Assembly: GCA_963699255.1 (NCBI GenBank)
Contig: OY969425.1
Coordinates: 840,001-872,000, forward strand
Direction of reading: 5' to 3'
DNA from: an uncultured bacterium
GTDB lineage: Bacteria > Margulisbacteria > WOR-1 > CAVSGV01
DNA length: 32,000 nucleotides
In this document: positions 17,501-24,868 of the stretch, piece by piece
Numbering within the stretch: the stretch's first letter is position 1
Layout of the letters: each line of letters opens with the position of its first letter
Position numbers and translations under genes: made by a program
The notes under the pieces: model-generated
Told to the model about the DNA's origin: nothing
The model's input: the letters and a program-made list of their open reading frames with translations, nothing else
Databases searched by the model: none

Positions 17501-19055
17501 GATTCGTTACCTGGGCAAAAAGCTGTTTGAAGTAATTATAAAGCAACTGGGGTTTCTTTGAAAAAACGGCATGCGGAGTGTCGTTGCCCATGGAGCCGAC
17601 CGGTTCTTTCGCTTTTTCAGCCATAGGCTTCAATATGAATTTAAGGTCCTCTCTCGTATACCCGAATATGTTGAGCAAGGTCGTCAAGTCTTCCCTGTTC
17701 TCCTCAAAAGCGCTTACTCTTGGAAGGTCGCTTAACTCTATCATCTCCTTCTCCAGCCAGGCGGAATACGGCCTTGAACTTGAAATGAAGCTTTTTATCT
17801 CTTCGTCATTTATTATCCGCCCCTGTTCAGTGTCGATATAGAGCATTTTCCCGGGTTCAAGCCTGCCGCTGAACGCGATGTCCTTTGGCGCGATATCAAG
17901 CACGCCGACTTCCGACGCCATCACAACTACGCCCTTTTCGGTGACTATATATCGGGCCGGACGCAACCCGTTCCTGTCGAGCACCGCTCCGATACGCGTC
18001 CCGTCAGTAAAAGCTATCGCCGCCGGACCATCCCAGGGCTCCATAAAGCAGGCATGGAATTTATAAAAATCTCTGAGCTTTTTATCCATCAGATCATTGT
18101 GCTCCCATGCCTGAGGGATAAGCATCATCATCGCGTGCGGAAGCGTCCTCCCGGAGAGGGCAAGCAGTTCAAAGACATTATCTATGGCCGCTGAATCGCT
18201 TCCGCCCGGCACGATCACCGGCTTGATCTTCCGTATGTCTTTGCCGAAAACTTCGCTCTCTATCTGTCCTTCGCGCGCCCTCATCCAGTTTATGTTCCCT
18301 CTCAAGGTATTGATCTCGCCGTTGTGAGCGATGAACCTGAACGGCTGTGACAGGTCCCATGTGGGAAAAGTGTTCGTGCTGTAGCGGGAATGCACGAGAC
18401 ATATGGCACTCTTGAACGAGTCGTCCTTCAGATCAGTAAAAAAACCTTCGACCTGTGCAGGCATCAGCAGGCCTTTATATGAAATGGTCCGAGAGGAGAG
18501 ATTTGTTATGTAAAGCCATATCTTTTTTGCGCTCGCCGCGCCTTCGATCTGTTTCCTTATGAGATACAGCTTCCTCTCGAACTGGAGCTGATCGGCAACT
18601 GTGCTGCCGATGAATACCTGCTCGATGACAGGCTGCGTTTTCCTTGCGGTGGCCCCGATATCCGTATCATCAACGGGTACCTGCCTCCAGCCGAGGAGCT
18701 CCTGTCCCTCAGCTTCAACGAACTTTTTAAAAAGATCCCTGCAGAACTCCCTTTCTTTTTGACCGGTCGGCAGGAACACCAATCCCGTCGCGTATCTGCC
18801 GGGTTCGGGAAGGTCTATCTTCACCGTTTTCCTGAAGAACTCATAAGGTATCTGTATTAGTATCCCCGCGCCGTCACCCGTCTTTGGGTCGGCACCCGTC
18901 GCGCCTCTGTGGGCCAGCCTTTTCAGCACCTCGATCCCCTGCTTTACGATCTCATTTGACCTTCTGCCGTCCACACTGCAGACAAATCCGACGCCGCAGC
19001 TATCGTGTTCGAAGTGCCGGTCATAAAGCCCGAATTTTTTTTCTGGATAAGGCAT
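14499..19055 (-). CDS. gltB: Glutamate synthase large (alpha) subunit
   Basis: The 1518-aa protein has an N-terminal Ntn amidotransferase domain (HDSCGVGFV), central and FMN-binding domains (GEGGE, KPGEGGQLPG) and a C-terminal GXGXG domain. Confidence 0.97.
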   Translation of the reverse strand: MPYPEKKFGLYDRHFEHDSCGVGFVCSVDGRRSNEIVKQGIEVLKRLAHRGATGADPKTGDGAGILIQIPYEFFRKTVKIDLPEPGRYATGLVFLPTGQKEREFCRDLFKKFVEAEGQELLGWRQVPVDDTDIGATARKTQPVIEQVFIGSTVADQLQFERKLYLIRKQIEGAASAKKIWLYITNLSSRTISYKGLLMPAQVEGFFTDLKDDSFKSAICLVHSRYSTNTFPTWDLSQPFRFIAHNGEINTLRGNINWMRAREGQIESEVFGKDIRKIKPVIVPGGSDSAAIDNVFELLALSGRTLPHAMMMLIPQAWEHNDLMDKKLRDFYKFHACFMEPWDGPAAIAFTDGTRIGAVLDRNGLRPARYIVTEKGVVVMASEVGVLDIAPKDIAFSGRLEPGKMLYIDTEQGRIINDEEIKSFISSSRPYSAWLEKEMIELSDLPRVSAFEENREDLTTLLNIFGYTREDLKFILKPMAEKAKEPVGSMGNDTPHAVFSKKPQLLYNYFKQLFAQVTNPPIDPIREEIVMSMESYIGPQDNMLDEGPKHCCKLRLKSPVLTNEQLEKIRAVKMDGLRTKTISILSPRPLSGSAFGGRSSSQKDFSDSIERICRESEDAINKGYTFIVLSDRGADRDNAAIPTLLAVSAVHQYLIRKALRTRVGIIAESGETRETHHFALLFGYGADAVNPYLAYEAVSSLAVEGEITIDAKTAGSNYIKAVMSGVEKILSKMGISTLNSYRGSQIFEALGLNDEFIDRYFEGTPSRIGGAGMEEIATETIMRHGKAYEDKALGITYLPTGGVYQWKRDGEFHLWNPETIAALQDAVRNNDQAKYNEFSCLINDQSKNPTTLRSLIKISKGRTRPIPIEEVEPVRSILKRFAVGAMSFGSISKSAHETIAIAMNRIGGRSNTGEGGEDPQRFKPMPNGDLKRSAIKQVASGRFGVTANYLVNADEIQIKMAQGAKPGEGGQLPGHKVSEVIAKTRYTTPGVTLISPPPHHDIYSIEDLAQLIFDLKNVNPKARISVKLVSEIGVGTIAAGVAKGHADMILISGGDGGTGASPVSSIKNAGLPWELGLSETHQTLIMNNLRSRVRLQTDGQMRTGRDVAIAAMLGAEEFGFCTAVLIVLGCVMLRHCHLNNCSVGVATQDEELSNRFTGKPEYIINYFTFIAQELREIMAGIGVASLDELIGRSDLLETDKTIVPSKAKDIDYSRVFYRPESSKNADVRCTIPQIHGIDKVLDKKLIEMASPALKDRSAVRGEVFINNTNRTVGAMLSGEICRLYGEEGLPEDTIRFKFSGVAGQSFGAWLAKGVTLELEGMANDYVGKGISGGKIIVYPSKESTYESEKNIIIGNTTFYGAISGEAYIRGVAGERFCIRNSGLDAVVEGVGDHGCEYMTGGHVVVLGGTGRNFGAGMSGGIAYVYDRYGDFAEKCNLKMVGLEKVSKEDKKIISGLINNHYRHTKSPLAKKILDNFENETRKFVKVMPAEYKRVLAGLPAGRKEKELAEESGLTEVLDG

Positions 19056-19056
19056 T

Positions 19057-19278
19057 TTAACCGCTCCTGATCATACCGTATTTTTTAAGTTTTGACCTTA
19101 ATGTATTTCTGTTTATCCCGAGGATGTGCGCGGCCCTCATCTGATTGCCTTTCGTGTATTCCATTAACTTGATCAAAAGAGGTTTTTCCACCGAATCGGT
19201 CAAGAAGCGATATACCTTTCCCTCATTTTCCTTGAAGAAAAGCTCATTGATCTCTGATATTGCTTTTTCCAGATCCAT
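19057..19278 (-). CDS. Stand-alone Fis-family HTH DNA-binding protein (73 aa)
   Basis: VEKPLLIKLMEYTKGNQMRAAHILGINRNTLRSKLKKYGM closely mirrors the Fis/NtrC C-terminal HTH. ATG 19278 has SD GGGGGTGA (the track start is a GTG at 19287). Its stop lies 1 nt before the gltB ATG. Confidence 0.8.
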   Translation of the reverse strand: MDLEKAISEINELFFKENEGKVYRFLTDSVEKPLLIKLMEYTKGNQMRAAHILGINRNTLRSKLKKYGMIRSG

Positions 19279-19314
19279 CTTGATCACCCCCGCACGCGTG
19301 GCCTCCGAACGGAT

Positions 19315-19331
19315 TGCCTAAAAATCAGGCA
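19315..19331. promoter_or_regulatory. 17-bp palindromic operator, motif A copy 1 (TGCCTAAAAATCAGGCA), upstream of the fis-like-gltBD operon
   Basis: The half-sites TGCCT/AGGCA are perfect around an AT-rich 7-nt spacer. Related copies lie at 23306-23322 and 26252-26268. Confidence 0.5.
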
Positions 19332-19340
19332 GCCGCCCCC

Positions 19341-19370
19341 AAAAAAGAGCGAGACGTCGTTGTCCCGCTC
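19341..19370 (-). terminator. Intrinsic terminator of glnA (copy 1)
   Basis: On the - strand, GAGCGGGAC/aacgac/GTCTCGCTC forms a 9-bp stem with one mismatch, followed by TTTTTT. It starts 12 nt after the glnA stop. Confidence 0.7.
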
Positions 19371-19381
19371 CCCCGAACTTT

Positions 19382-20707
19382 TTACAGTATCGGGAAATAT
19401 TTCTTTATTTCATACTCGGTGACTTGGATCCTGAATTCATCCCATTCTTTTTTCTTGACCGATATGAATCTTGAAAAACTGTGCTCCCCGAGAACCTCTC
19501 TCAACAGCTCGCTTCCCTCAGCTAATTTAATGGCGTCTCCAAGGCTTGCCGGAAGCGATTTTATGCCTCCCTCCTGTCTCTCCTCTTCAGTAAGATGATA
19601 CAGGTTTAGCTCCATCGGGTCGGGCAGCTTATATCCCTCTTCAATGCCCTTTAATCCCGCTGAAAGCATTACCGCAAATTGCAGATAAGGATTCCCGGAT
19701 GGATCCGGGCATCTTAGCTCCATGCGGGTAGCGACTTCCTTGCCCGGCAGGTACATCGGGACCCTGACGAGAGCCGATCTGTTGCGCCTTGACCACGCGA
19801 TATAGACGGGAGCTTCGTAGCCGGGGACCAGTCTTTTATATGAATTGACCCATGGGGCAAGTACCGAGATTATTTCCGGAGCGTGCTTTAATATCCCCGC
19901 AATATATGACTTGCCCACATCAGACAAATGATATTTGTCCTTCGCGTCAAAGAAAGCATTGGCCTTTCCTTTGAACAACGACTGATGGCAGTGCATTCCG
20001 CTTCCGTTCTGGCCGAACAATGGCTTTGGCATGAAGGACGCGTATACGCCGTTCTTTGATGCTATTTCCTTGACGGTCAATCTATAAGTGACGACATTGT
20101 CAGCCATCTTAAGCCCGTCGTCATATCTCATATCGATCTCATGTTGGGACGGAGCAACCTCATGATGGGAATATTCAACATTTATCCCCAGCTTCTTAAG
20201 GCACAGGACGGTCTCTCTTCTCAGATCGGAGGCCATATCAAGCGGGGTCAGGTCAAAATATCCGCCTTCATCCAGTATTTCGGGACTCTGACCGTTCTTG
20301 AAATAGAAATATTCAAGTTCCGGCCCGACATAATAATGGTCAAACCCCATCTTCTTCATCTTTGCAAGCGCCCTCTTCAGGACATACCTCGGATCCCCTT
20401 CATAAGGCTTTCCTCCCGGCTGAAGTATATCGCATATCATCCTGGCTACCGCTTTCTCCTGCGGCCTCCATGGAAGGATCTGAAATGTATCCGGATCCGG
20501 CATAGCTATCATGTCCGACTCCTCGATCGCCTGGAAACCGGTAATTGAAGATCCGTCAAACCCCATTCCCTCCGTAAGCGCTCCCTCTAATTCATCCTTC
20601 CCGATCGCGAAACTTTTCAATATCCCGTTAATATCCGTGAACCAAAGCCTTATGAACTCAACATCATTATCCTTTACCGCTTTAAGTATTTCCTCTTTTG
20701 TTGTCAT
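19382..20707 (-). CDS. glnA: Glutamine synthetase, type I (short GSI-alpha-like form, 441 aa)
   Basis: Motifs include FTDINGILKSF, GFDGSSITGF, HHEVAPSQHEID, NGSGMHCHQSL, APWVNSYKRLVPGYEAP and NRSALVRVP. Confidence 0.95.
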   Translation of the reverse strand: MTTKEEILKAVKDNDVEFIRLWFTDINGILKSFAIGKDELEGALTEGMGFDGSSITGFQAIEESDMIAMPDPDTFQILPWRPQEKAVARMICDILQPGGKPYEGDPRYVLKRALAKMKKMGFDHYYVGPELEYFYFKNGQSPEILDEGGYFDLTPLDMASDLRRETVLCLKKLGINVEYSHHEVAPSQHEIDMRYDDGLKMADNVVTYRLTVKEIASKNGVYASFMPKPLFGQNGSGMHCHQSLFKGKANAFFDAKDKYHLSDVGKSYIAGILKHAPEIISVLAPWVNSYKRLVPGYEAPVYIAWSRRNRSALVRVPMYLPGKEVATRMELRCPDPSGNPYLQFAVMLSAGLKGIEEGYKLPDPMELNLYHLTEEERQEGGIKSLPASLGDAIKLAEGSELLREVLGEHSFSRFISVKKKEWDEFRIQVTEYEIKKYFPIL

Positions 20708-20734
20708 TTTTGTTCCCTCCTTGCCCTCAGTATT

Positions 20735-20750
20735 AGCAATTTTCTCTCCA
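20735..20750 (-). promoter_or_regulatory. Sigma-54 (-24/-12) promoter of glnA copy 1
   Basis: The - strand reads TGGAGAGAAAATTGCT, against the consensus TGGCACGNNNNTTGCW. GG and GC are at the exact consensus spacing, and the site lies about 28 nt upstream of the ATG and its SD GGAGGG. Confidence 0.65.
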
Positions 20751-20776
20751 AAAAATTTTTGCCGTATTAACGCGAA

Positions 20777-20785
20777 ATTATACCA
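20777..20785 (-). promoter_or_regulatory. Extended -10 sigma-70 promoter upstream of the glnA sigma-54 promoter
   Basis: The - strand reads TGGTATAAT (TGn plus a perfect TATAAT). I found no good -35. Confidence 0.45.
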
Positions 20786-20800
20786 GGATAATAATATAGT

Positions 20801-20848
20801 ATATACATTTATGTATTAATTTATATTAAATAATACAATTTTGTATTA
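20801..20848. promoter_or_regulatory. Two 18-bp palindromes (motif B) 30 bp apart; candidate enhancer or operator sites for glnA
   Basis: The palindromes are ATATACA-TTTA-TGTATTA (20801-20818) and TAATACA-ATTT-TGTATTA (20831-20848). Their centres lie about 86 and 116 nt upstream of the predicted sigma-54 TSS. Confidence 0.45.
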
Positions 20849-20850
20849 AA

Positions 20851-21189
20851 TTATATTGCAATAACTCCTGTTTCGCCTGTCCGTATCCTGACAATATAAG
20901 ATACATCCGATACAAAGATCTTTCCGTCGCCGATACTGCCTGTGGAACAGATAGAACATATCGTCTTTATGACGTCATCGACATCCTTATCAAGCAGCAC
21001 AAGTTCAAGCTTTACTTTAGGCAAAAATTCAACATTGTACTGGCCGACCCTCCACTCCAGCGTAATGCCCTTCTGTTTTCCTCTTCCTTTTACCTCGGTA
21101 ACGGTCATTCCATGAAACCCTTTCGCATCAAGCGCCTCCCTTAGCTCTTCCAGTTTTTCCGGGCGGATTATAGCTTCGACCTTCTTCAT
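20851..21189 (-). CDS. glnK: P-II nitrogen regulatory protein
   Basis: The 112-aa protein aligns end to end with GlnB/GlnK (MKKVEAIIRPEKL..TVTEVKGRGKQKG...GDGKIFV..V...RIRTGE), and T-loop Tyr51 is present. It sits directly downstream of amtB. Confidence 0.95.
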   Translation of the reverse strand: MKKVEAIIRPEKLEELREALDAKGFHGMTVTEVKGRGKQKGITLEWRVGQYNVEFLPKVKLELVLLDKDVDDVIKTICSICSTGSIGDGKIFVSDVSYIVRIRTGETGVIAI

Positions 21190-21205
21190 TTATCTCACCT
21201 CCTGT

Positions 21206-22420
21206 TTATAATACGCTTTCCGCGTGCTGGGATATATCCAGGCCGACAAGCTCTTCATTCTCCTTAACCCTCAACCCGACTAACATATCAACAGCCTTCG
21301 CAAGTACCAGCGTAACAACGAACGCAAAAGAAGCCGTAGCAACAACAGCAACAAGCTGCACCCATACCTGTCCCGGATTCCCAAAAATAAGGCCGTTCGC
21401 ACCGCCGGGATTTATCGCTTTGCTTGCAAAGATGCCTGTCGCGATAGCGCCCCACGCGCCGCCCATCCCATGGCATGCGAAAGCATCCAGCGATTCATCG
21501 ATCCTAAGGGTCATTCTCAGGACTATGACATAATAAGAAATCACGGAAGCAACCGCTCCTATTGCTATTGCTGAAAGCGGGTCCACAAAACCTGACGCCG
21601 GAGTGATAGCAACAAGCCCCACAACCGCACCCGTTGCAACACCAAGAACGCTTGGTCTTCTGTGTATCCAGCTCAGCAGCATCCACATTGTCGCCGCCGC
21701 AGCCGCAGCGGTATTGGTAACAACAAAAGCTGAAGCTGCGATCCCGTTGGCAGCCAGGGCGGATCCTCCGTTGAAGCCGAACCAGCCGAACCAGAGAAGT
21801 ACCGCGCCAAGAACAACGATCGGGATATTGCTCGGCTCCATGTTATCCTTTCCGTAGCCTTTTCTTTTTCCTATGATCAAAGCGATAGCCAGGGCTGACA
21901 TACCTGCCGTAACATGTACGACAGTGCCGCCGGCAAAATCAAGCGCTCCCAGAGTCCTGAGCCATCCGCCTACTCCCCAGACCCAATGGGCCACCGGATC
22001 ATAAACGATCGTTGCCCATAAAGCCGAGAACAAAAGGAATGAGGAAAATTTTATCCTTTCAACAAAAGCGCCCACTATCAATGAAGGGGTCACTATCGCG
22101 AAAGCCGCCTGGAATATCATAAAGACCAGGGCCGGAATGGTAGCCGCATAACCTACATCCGGGAGCTGTCCTACGCCTATCAAACCAAGATATTTAAAAT
22201 TACCGATTAAACCTCTTATTGTCGGACCAAAGGCCAGTGTATACCCGAAAAGCACCCATTGAAGGCTTATCACCATAAGGATCGCGAAACACATCATGAT
22301 CGTGGAAAGGATATTTTTCTTCCTTACCATGCCGCCGTAAAAGAAACCGACTGCCGGAGTCATTAATATTACCAGAGCTGCGGAAACAAGGACCCAAGCT
22401 GTATCTCCACTATTTATCAT
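21206..22420 (-). CDS. amtB: Ammonium transporter
   Basis: Amt family motifs are present ([31 protein letters not shown]). ATG 22420 has SD GGAGGAGG; the track start 22429 is a TTG. Confidence 0.95.
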   Translation of the reverse strand: MINSGDTAWVLVSAALVILMTPAVGFFYGGMVRKKNILSTIMMCFAILMVISLQWVLFGYTLAFGPTIRGLIGNFKYLGLIGVGQLPDVGYAATIPALVFMIFQAAFAIVTPSLIVGAFVERIKFSSFLLFSALWATIVYDPVAHWVWGVGGWLRTLGALDFAGGTVVHVTAGMSALAIALIIGKRKGYGKDNMEPSNIPIVVLGAVLLWFGWFGFNGGSALAANGIAASAFVVTNTAAAAAATMWMLLSWIHRRPSVLGVATGAVVGLVAITPASGFVDPLSAIAIGAVASVISYYVIVLRMTLRIDESLDAFACHGMGGAWGAIATGIFASKAINPGGANGLIFGNPGQVWVQLVAVVATASFAFVVTLVLAKAVDMLVGLRVKENEELVGLDISQHAESVL

Positions 22421-22438
22421 TTTAACCAACCTCCTCCT

Positions 22439-23161
22439 TTATACATTTATATCAAGCTGCGTGGTCACGACAGGATTGGCCGAAGCACCCGGAGCATGCC
22501 CATTATTAAACGTGCCATAACCGAATATGACCGATGTGTTCGGAGCAAAAGCATATGAAAGCCCCCCGAACAACGCTCCATTTACGGAATAGCCGGATGC
22601 ATAATCGACGCAGGCCCAGATCTTATCGGTGATAGTTTTGTCCCAGGTAAAGATAAATCCGGTGCTCTGCGGGTCGCCGAATTCATCCACCAGAACGTCC
22701 CTGTTCCCCGAATAATAGCCGGCAGACAACCTTCCGATGCCGAAAGTCTTCGCCATGAGCGAGTAAACGATGTTCTGATCGGAGCTTTTCACGCCGTCCA
22801 GAGTGTCGAATCCGAAGTTGAAAAATCCAAGAGCCAAGGCGGGCAAAATGCTGCTTTCGGGGATGCCGTATTTCGCGTTGAATGTGAACTGGTTGGAACT
22901 GGGCAAGAAAGAATCGATGCCAAACTCAGCTCCTGGCAACAAACCATAAGTTAAATTTACGTCGGTCGGGAAAAAAGTCCCTCCAAAATTAGAGATCGGC
23001 CATGCCGTGGTAAAATAGCTATCTATTCCGAAGTGAACTGTCCCCAAAGCCTGGATGTCTGTTGACGGGTTCCATATTTGAGTTGATGGAGTGGCAAAGA
23101 CCGATCTTTGGAACGTCAGGCAGATAGCCGCAATGAACAATATTTTTAATGCCCTTCTCAT
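22439..23161 (-). CDS. Small outer-membrane beta-barrel (porin-like) protein, first gene of the amtB-glnK operon
   Basis: It has a signal peptide (MRRALKILFIAAICLTFQRSVFA) and alternating aromatic/Gly-rich strands (GLSYAFAPNTSVIFGYGTF). I prefer ATG 23161 (SD GGAGGAAGGTGA); an alternative in-frame ATG is at 23197. The stop lies 18 nt before the amtB start. Confidence 0.6.
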   Translation of the reverse strand: MRRALKILFIAAICLTFQRSVFATPSTQIWNPSTDIQALGTVHFGIDSYFTTAWPISNFGGTFFPTDVNLTYGLLPGAEFGIDSFLPSSNQFTFNAKYGIPESSILPALALGFFNFGFDTLDGVKSSDQNIVYSLMAKTFGIGRLSAGYYSGNRDVLVDEFGDPQSTGFIFTWDKTITDKIWACVDYASGYSVNGALFGGLSYAFAPNTSVIFGYGTFNNGHAPGASANPVVTTQLDINV

Positions 23162-23240
23162 CTGGTTTTTCACCTTCCTCCGAAAATGCTTTTTCATCTT
23201 CTTTCTTGTTCTTTGATAACATGATGTCGATCAGTAAAGT

Positions 23241-23256
23241 AGCAATTTTCTTGCCG
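23241..23256 (-). promoter_or_regulatory. Sigma-54 (-24/-12) promoter of the porin-amtB-glnK operon
   Basis: The - strand reads CGGCAAGAAAATTGCT, with GG and GC at consensus spacing. It shares GAAAATTGCT with the glnA sigma-54 promoter. Confidence 0.7.
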
Positions 23257-23305
23257 AAGGGCTTTTGTGCTTAAAGAGGCCGAAAATCTGACAAGCGCGT
23301 GGATC

Positions 23306-23322
23306 TGCCTAAATTTTAAACA
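23306..23322. promoter_or_regulatory. Motif A copy 2 (TGCCTAAATTTTAAACA), about 60 bp upstream of the -24 element of the amtB sigma-54 promoter
   Basis: It shares TGCCT and the TAAATTTTA core with 26252-26268; the right half-site is degenerate. It overlaps the stop codon of the activator gene. A motif B-like ACAATATTGT follows at 23323-23332. Confidence 0.45.
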
Positions 23323-24827
23323 ACAATATTGTAATTCTTTATCTTGTAACCGAGCATTCTTTCGGTGATGCCGAGGGCTTTCGCGGCGGATTTCTGGGTC
23401 TTGTATTTTGCGAGGGCGTCGACGATGCGCTGTTTTTCTATCGATCCGATCAGCGCCGGAAGCGTCATACCTTCGGGCGTGATACTGACTTCTGACGGCT
23501 TCTGAAGGCTTACCGGAAGCTCCGACTGTGATATCAGCTCTTTCCTGCACAGGACCACGGCTCTCTCTATGACATTCTCAAGCTCCCTCACATTACCGGG
23601 CCAGCTGTAAGATAAGAGCATATCAAGAGCGGCACGGTTTATTCCCTTTATCTTCTTCTTGTTCTCTTTGGCGTATTTTTCTATAAAGTGATCGGCGAGG
23701 AGAGGGATATCCTCTTTCCTGTCCCTTAGCGGAGGCAGGATCACCGGAAAAACATTAATGCGGTAATACAGGTCTTCACGGAACCGCCCATCGCGCACCA
23801 TTTTCTCAAGATCCCTGTGAGTGGCGCATATCACTCTCACATCCACTTTTATGGTCTGCGTCCCGCCAAGCCTTTCGAATTCCTTCTCCTGCAGGACCCT
23901 CAACAATTTAACCTGGGTGGAAAGCGACATATCGCCGATCTCGTCAAGGAAAAGCGTCCCGCTGCTTGCCAGTTCGAACCTTCCGGGTTTCCTTTCAAGC
24001 GCTCCTGTAAATGCGCCTCTTTCATATCCGAAAAGTTCCGATTCAAGCAGGTTCTCGGGAAGCGACGCGCAGGCGACTTTGATGAAGGGTTTATCGGCCC
24101 TCGGGCTTGAATAATGAATGGCTGAGGCGACCATTTCCTTTCCCGTGCCGGATTCGCCTGTAATAAGGACCGTTGCCTGTGATTCCGCCACCTGAGCTGC
24201 GATGCTGAAGACCGAAGCCATAAGAGGCGAACTGTAGATCATATTGCCGAATTTGTATTTGCCTTTCAGCTCCTGCCTCAGCTTGATGTTCTCGGATACC
24301 ACAGCCTGCTTTTCTTTTTCCGCAAGCTCCCTTATCTTCACCGCCTGTCCCACCATTGAAGCGATAATAGTAAGGAGCTTAACGTCCTCTTCATAAGAAA
24401 TATCGCCCTTGAAAAGATGGTCCGCGGAAAGAGCGCCTATGACCTTGTTCCCGACCTTGATAGGGACGCAGAGGAAGGCATATTTCCGCGCTTCCAGGTC
24501 CCTCGCTTTTGTCTTATTGAGAAATGACGGGTCAGCGCCAACATCCTTAATTACCATCGGAAGTCCCGTCTCGACGACTTTGCCTGTGATCCCTTCGCCT
24601 ATTTTGTAGCGTCCCCTTTCTTTTTCCTGCACCGAGAGTCCCTGCGCTACTTCAATATGAAGCTCGTTCGTATTCGGATCCACCAGCGTTATTGTGCCTC
24701 TCTGCATTTCAAGGGAGTCGGATAGGACCTGAAGGATGGATTCCAAGGCTTGCTGCAGGTTAAGAGCCGAAGCAAGGGCTTCGCTTATCTCAACGAGTAC
24801 TTTTACCTTTATGTCCCTTGTAGGCAT
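23316..24827 (-). CDS. Sigma-54-dependent transcriptional activator with an N-terminal GAF domain (NifA/NtrC-family bEBP)
   Basis: The domain order is a GAF region, an AAA+ domain with GESGTGKE, GAFTGA and a Walker B (LFLDEIGD), and a C-terminal Fis-type HTH (KSAAKALGITERMLGYKIKNY). Confidence 0.92.
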   Translation of the reverse strand: MPTRDIKVKVLVEISEALASALNLQQALESILQVLSDSLEMQRGTITLVDPNTNELHIEVAQGLSVQEKERGRYKIGEGITGKVVETGLPMVIKDVGADPSFLNKTKARDLEARKYAFLCVPIKVGNKVIGALSADHLFKGDISYEEDVKLLTIIASMVGQAVKIRELAEKEKQAVVSENIKLRQELKGKYKFGNMIYSSPLMASVFSIAAQVAESQATVLITGESGTGKEMVASAIHYSSPRADKPFIKVACASLPENLLESELFGYERGAFTGALERKPGRFELASSGTLFLDEIGDMSLSTQVKLLRVLQEKEFERLGGTQTIKVDVRVICATHRDLEKMVRDGRFREDLYYRINVFPVILPPLRDRKEDIPLLADHFIEKYAKENKKKIKGINRAALDMLLSYSWPGNVRELENVIERAVVLCRKELISQSELPVSLQKPSEVSITPEGMTLPALIGSIEKQRIVDALAKYKTQKSAAKALGITERMLGYKIKNYNIVV

Positions 24828-24835
24828 ACTACATT

Positions 24836-24864
24836 ATTGTAGTATGTTAATACATTTTTGTCAA
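24836..24864 (-). promoter_or_regulatory. Sigma-70 promoter of the sigma-54 activator gene; predicts a leaderless or nearly leaderless mRNA
   Basis: The - strand reads TTGACA, 17 nt, TACAAT, then only 8 nt before the ATG. There is no SD. Confidence 0.6.
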
Positions 24865-24868
24865 GAAG

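Noticed and set aside
19288-19340. A sigma-54 or sigma-70 promoter for the fis-like-gltBD operon.
   Set aside because: No GG-N10-GC arrangement and no acceptable -10 hexamer can be found. Only the motif A palindrome is evident. The promoter remains unidentified.
20851-21189. A possible non-canonical P-II T-loop lacking the uridylylation tyrosine.
   Set aside because: Residue-by-residue alignment with E. coli GlnB shows that Tyr51 is conserved (…RVGQY51). Only Tyr46 is replaced, by Trp. Nothing unusual can be claimed.
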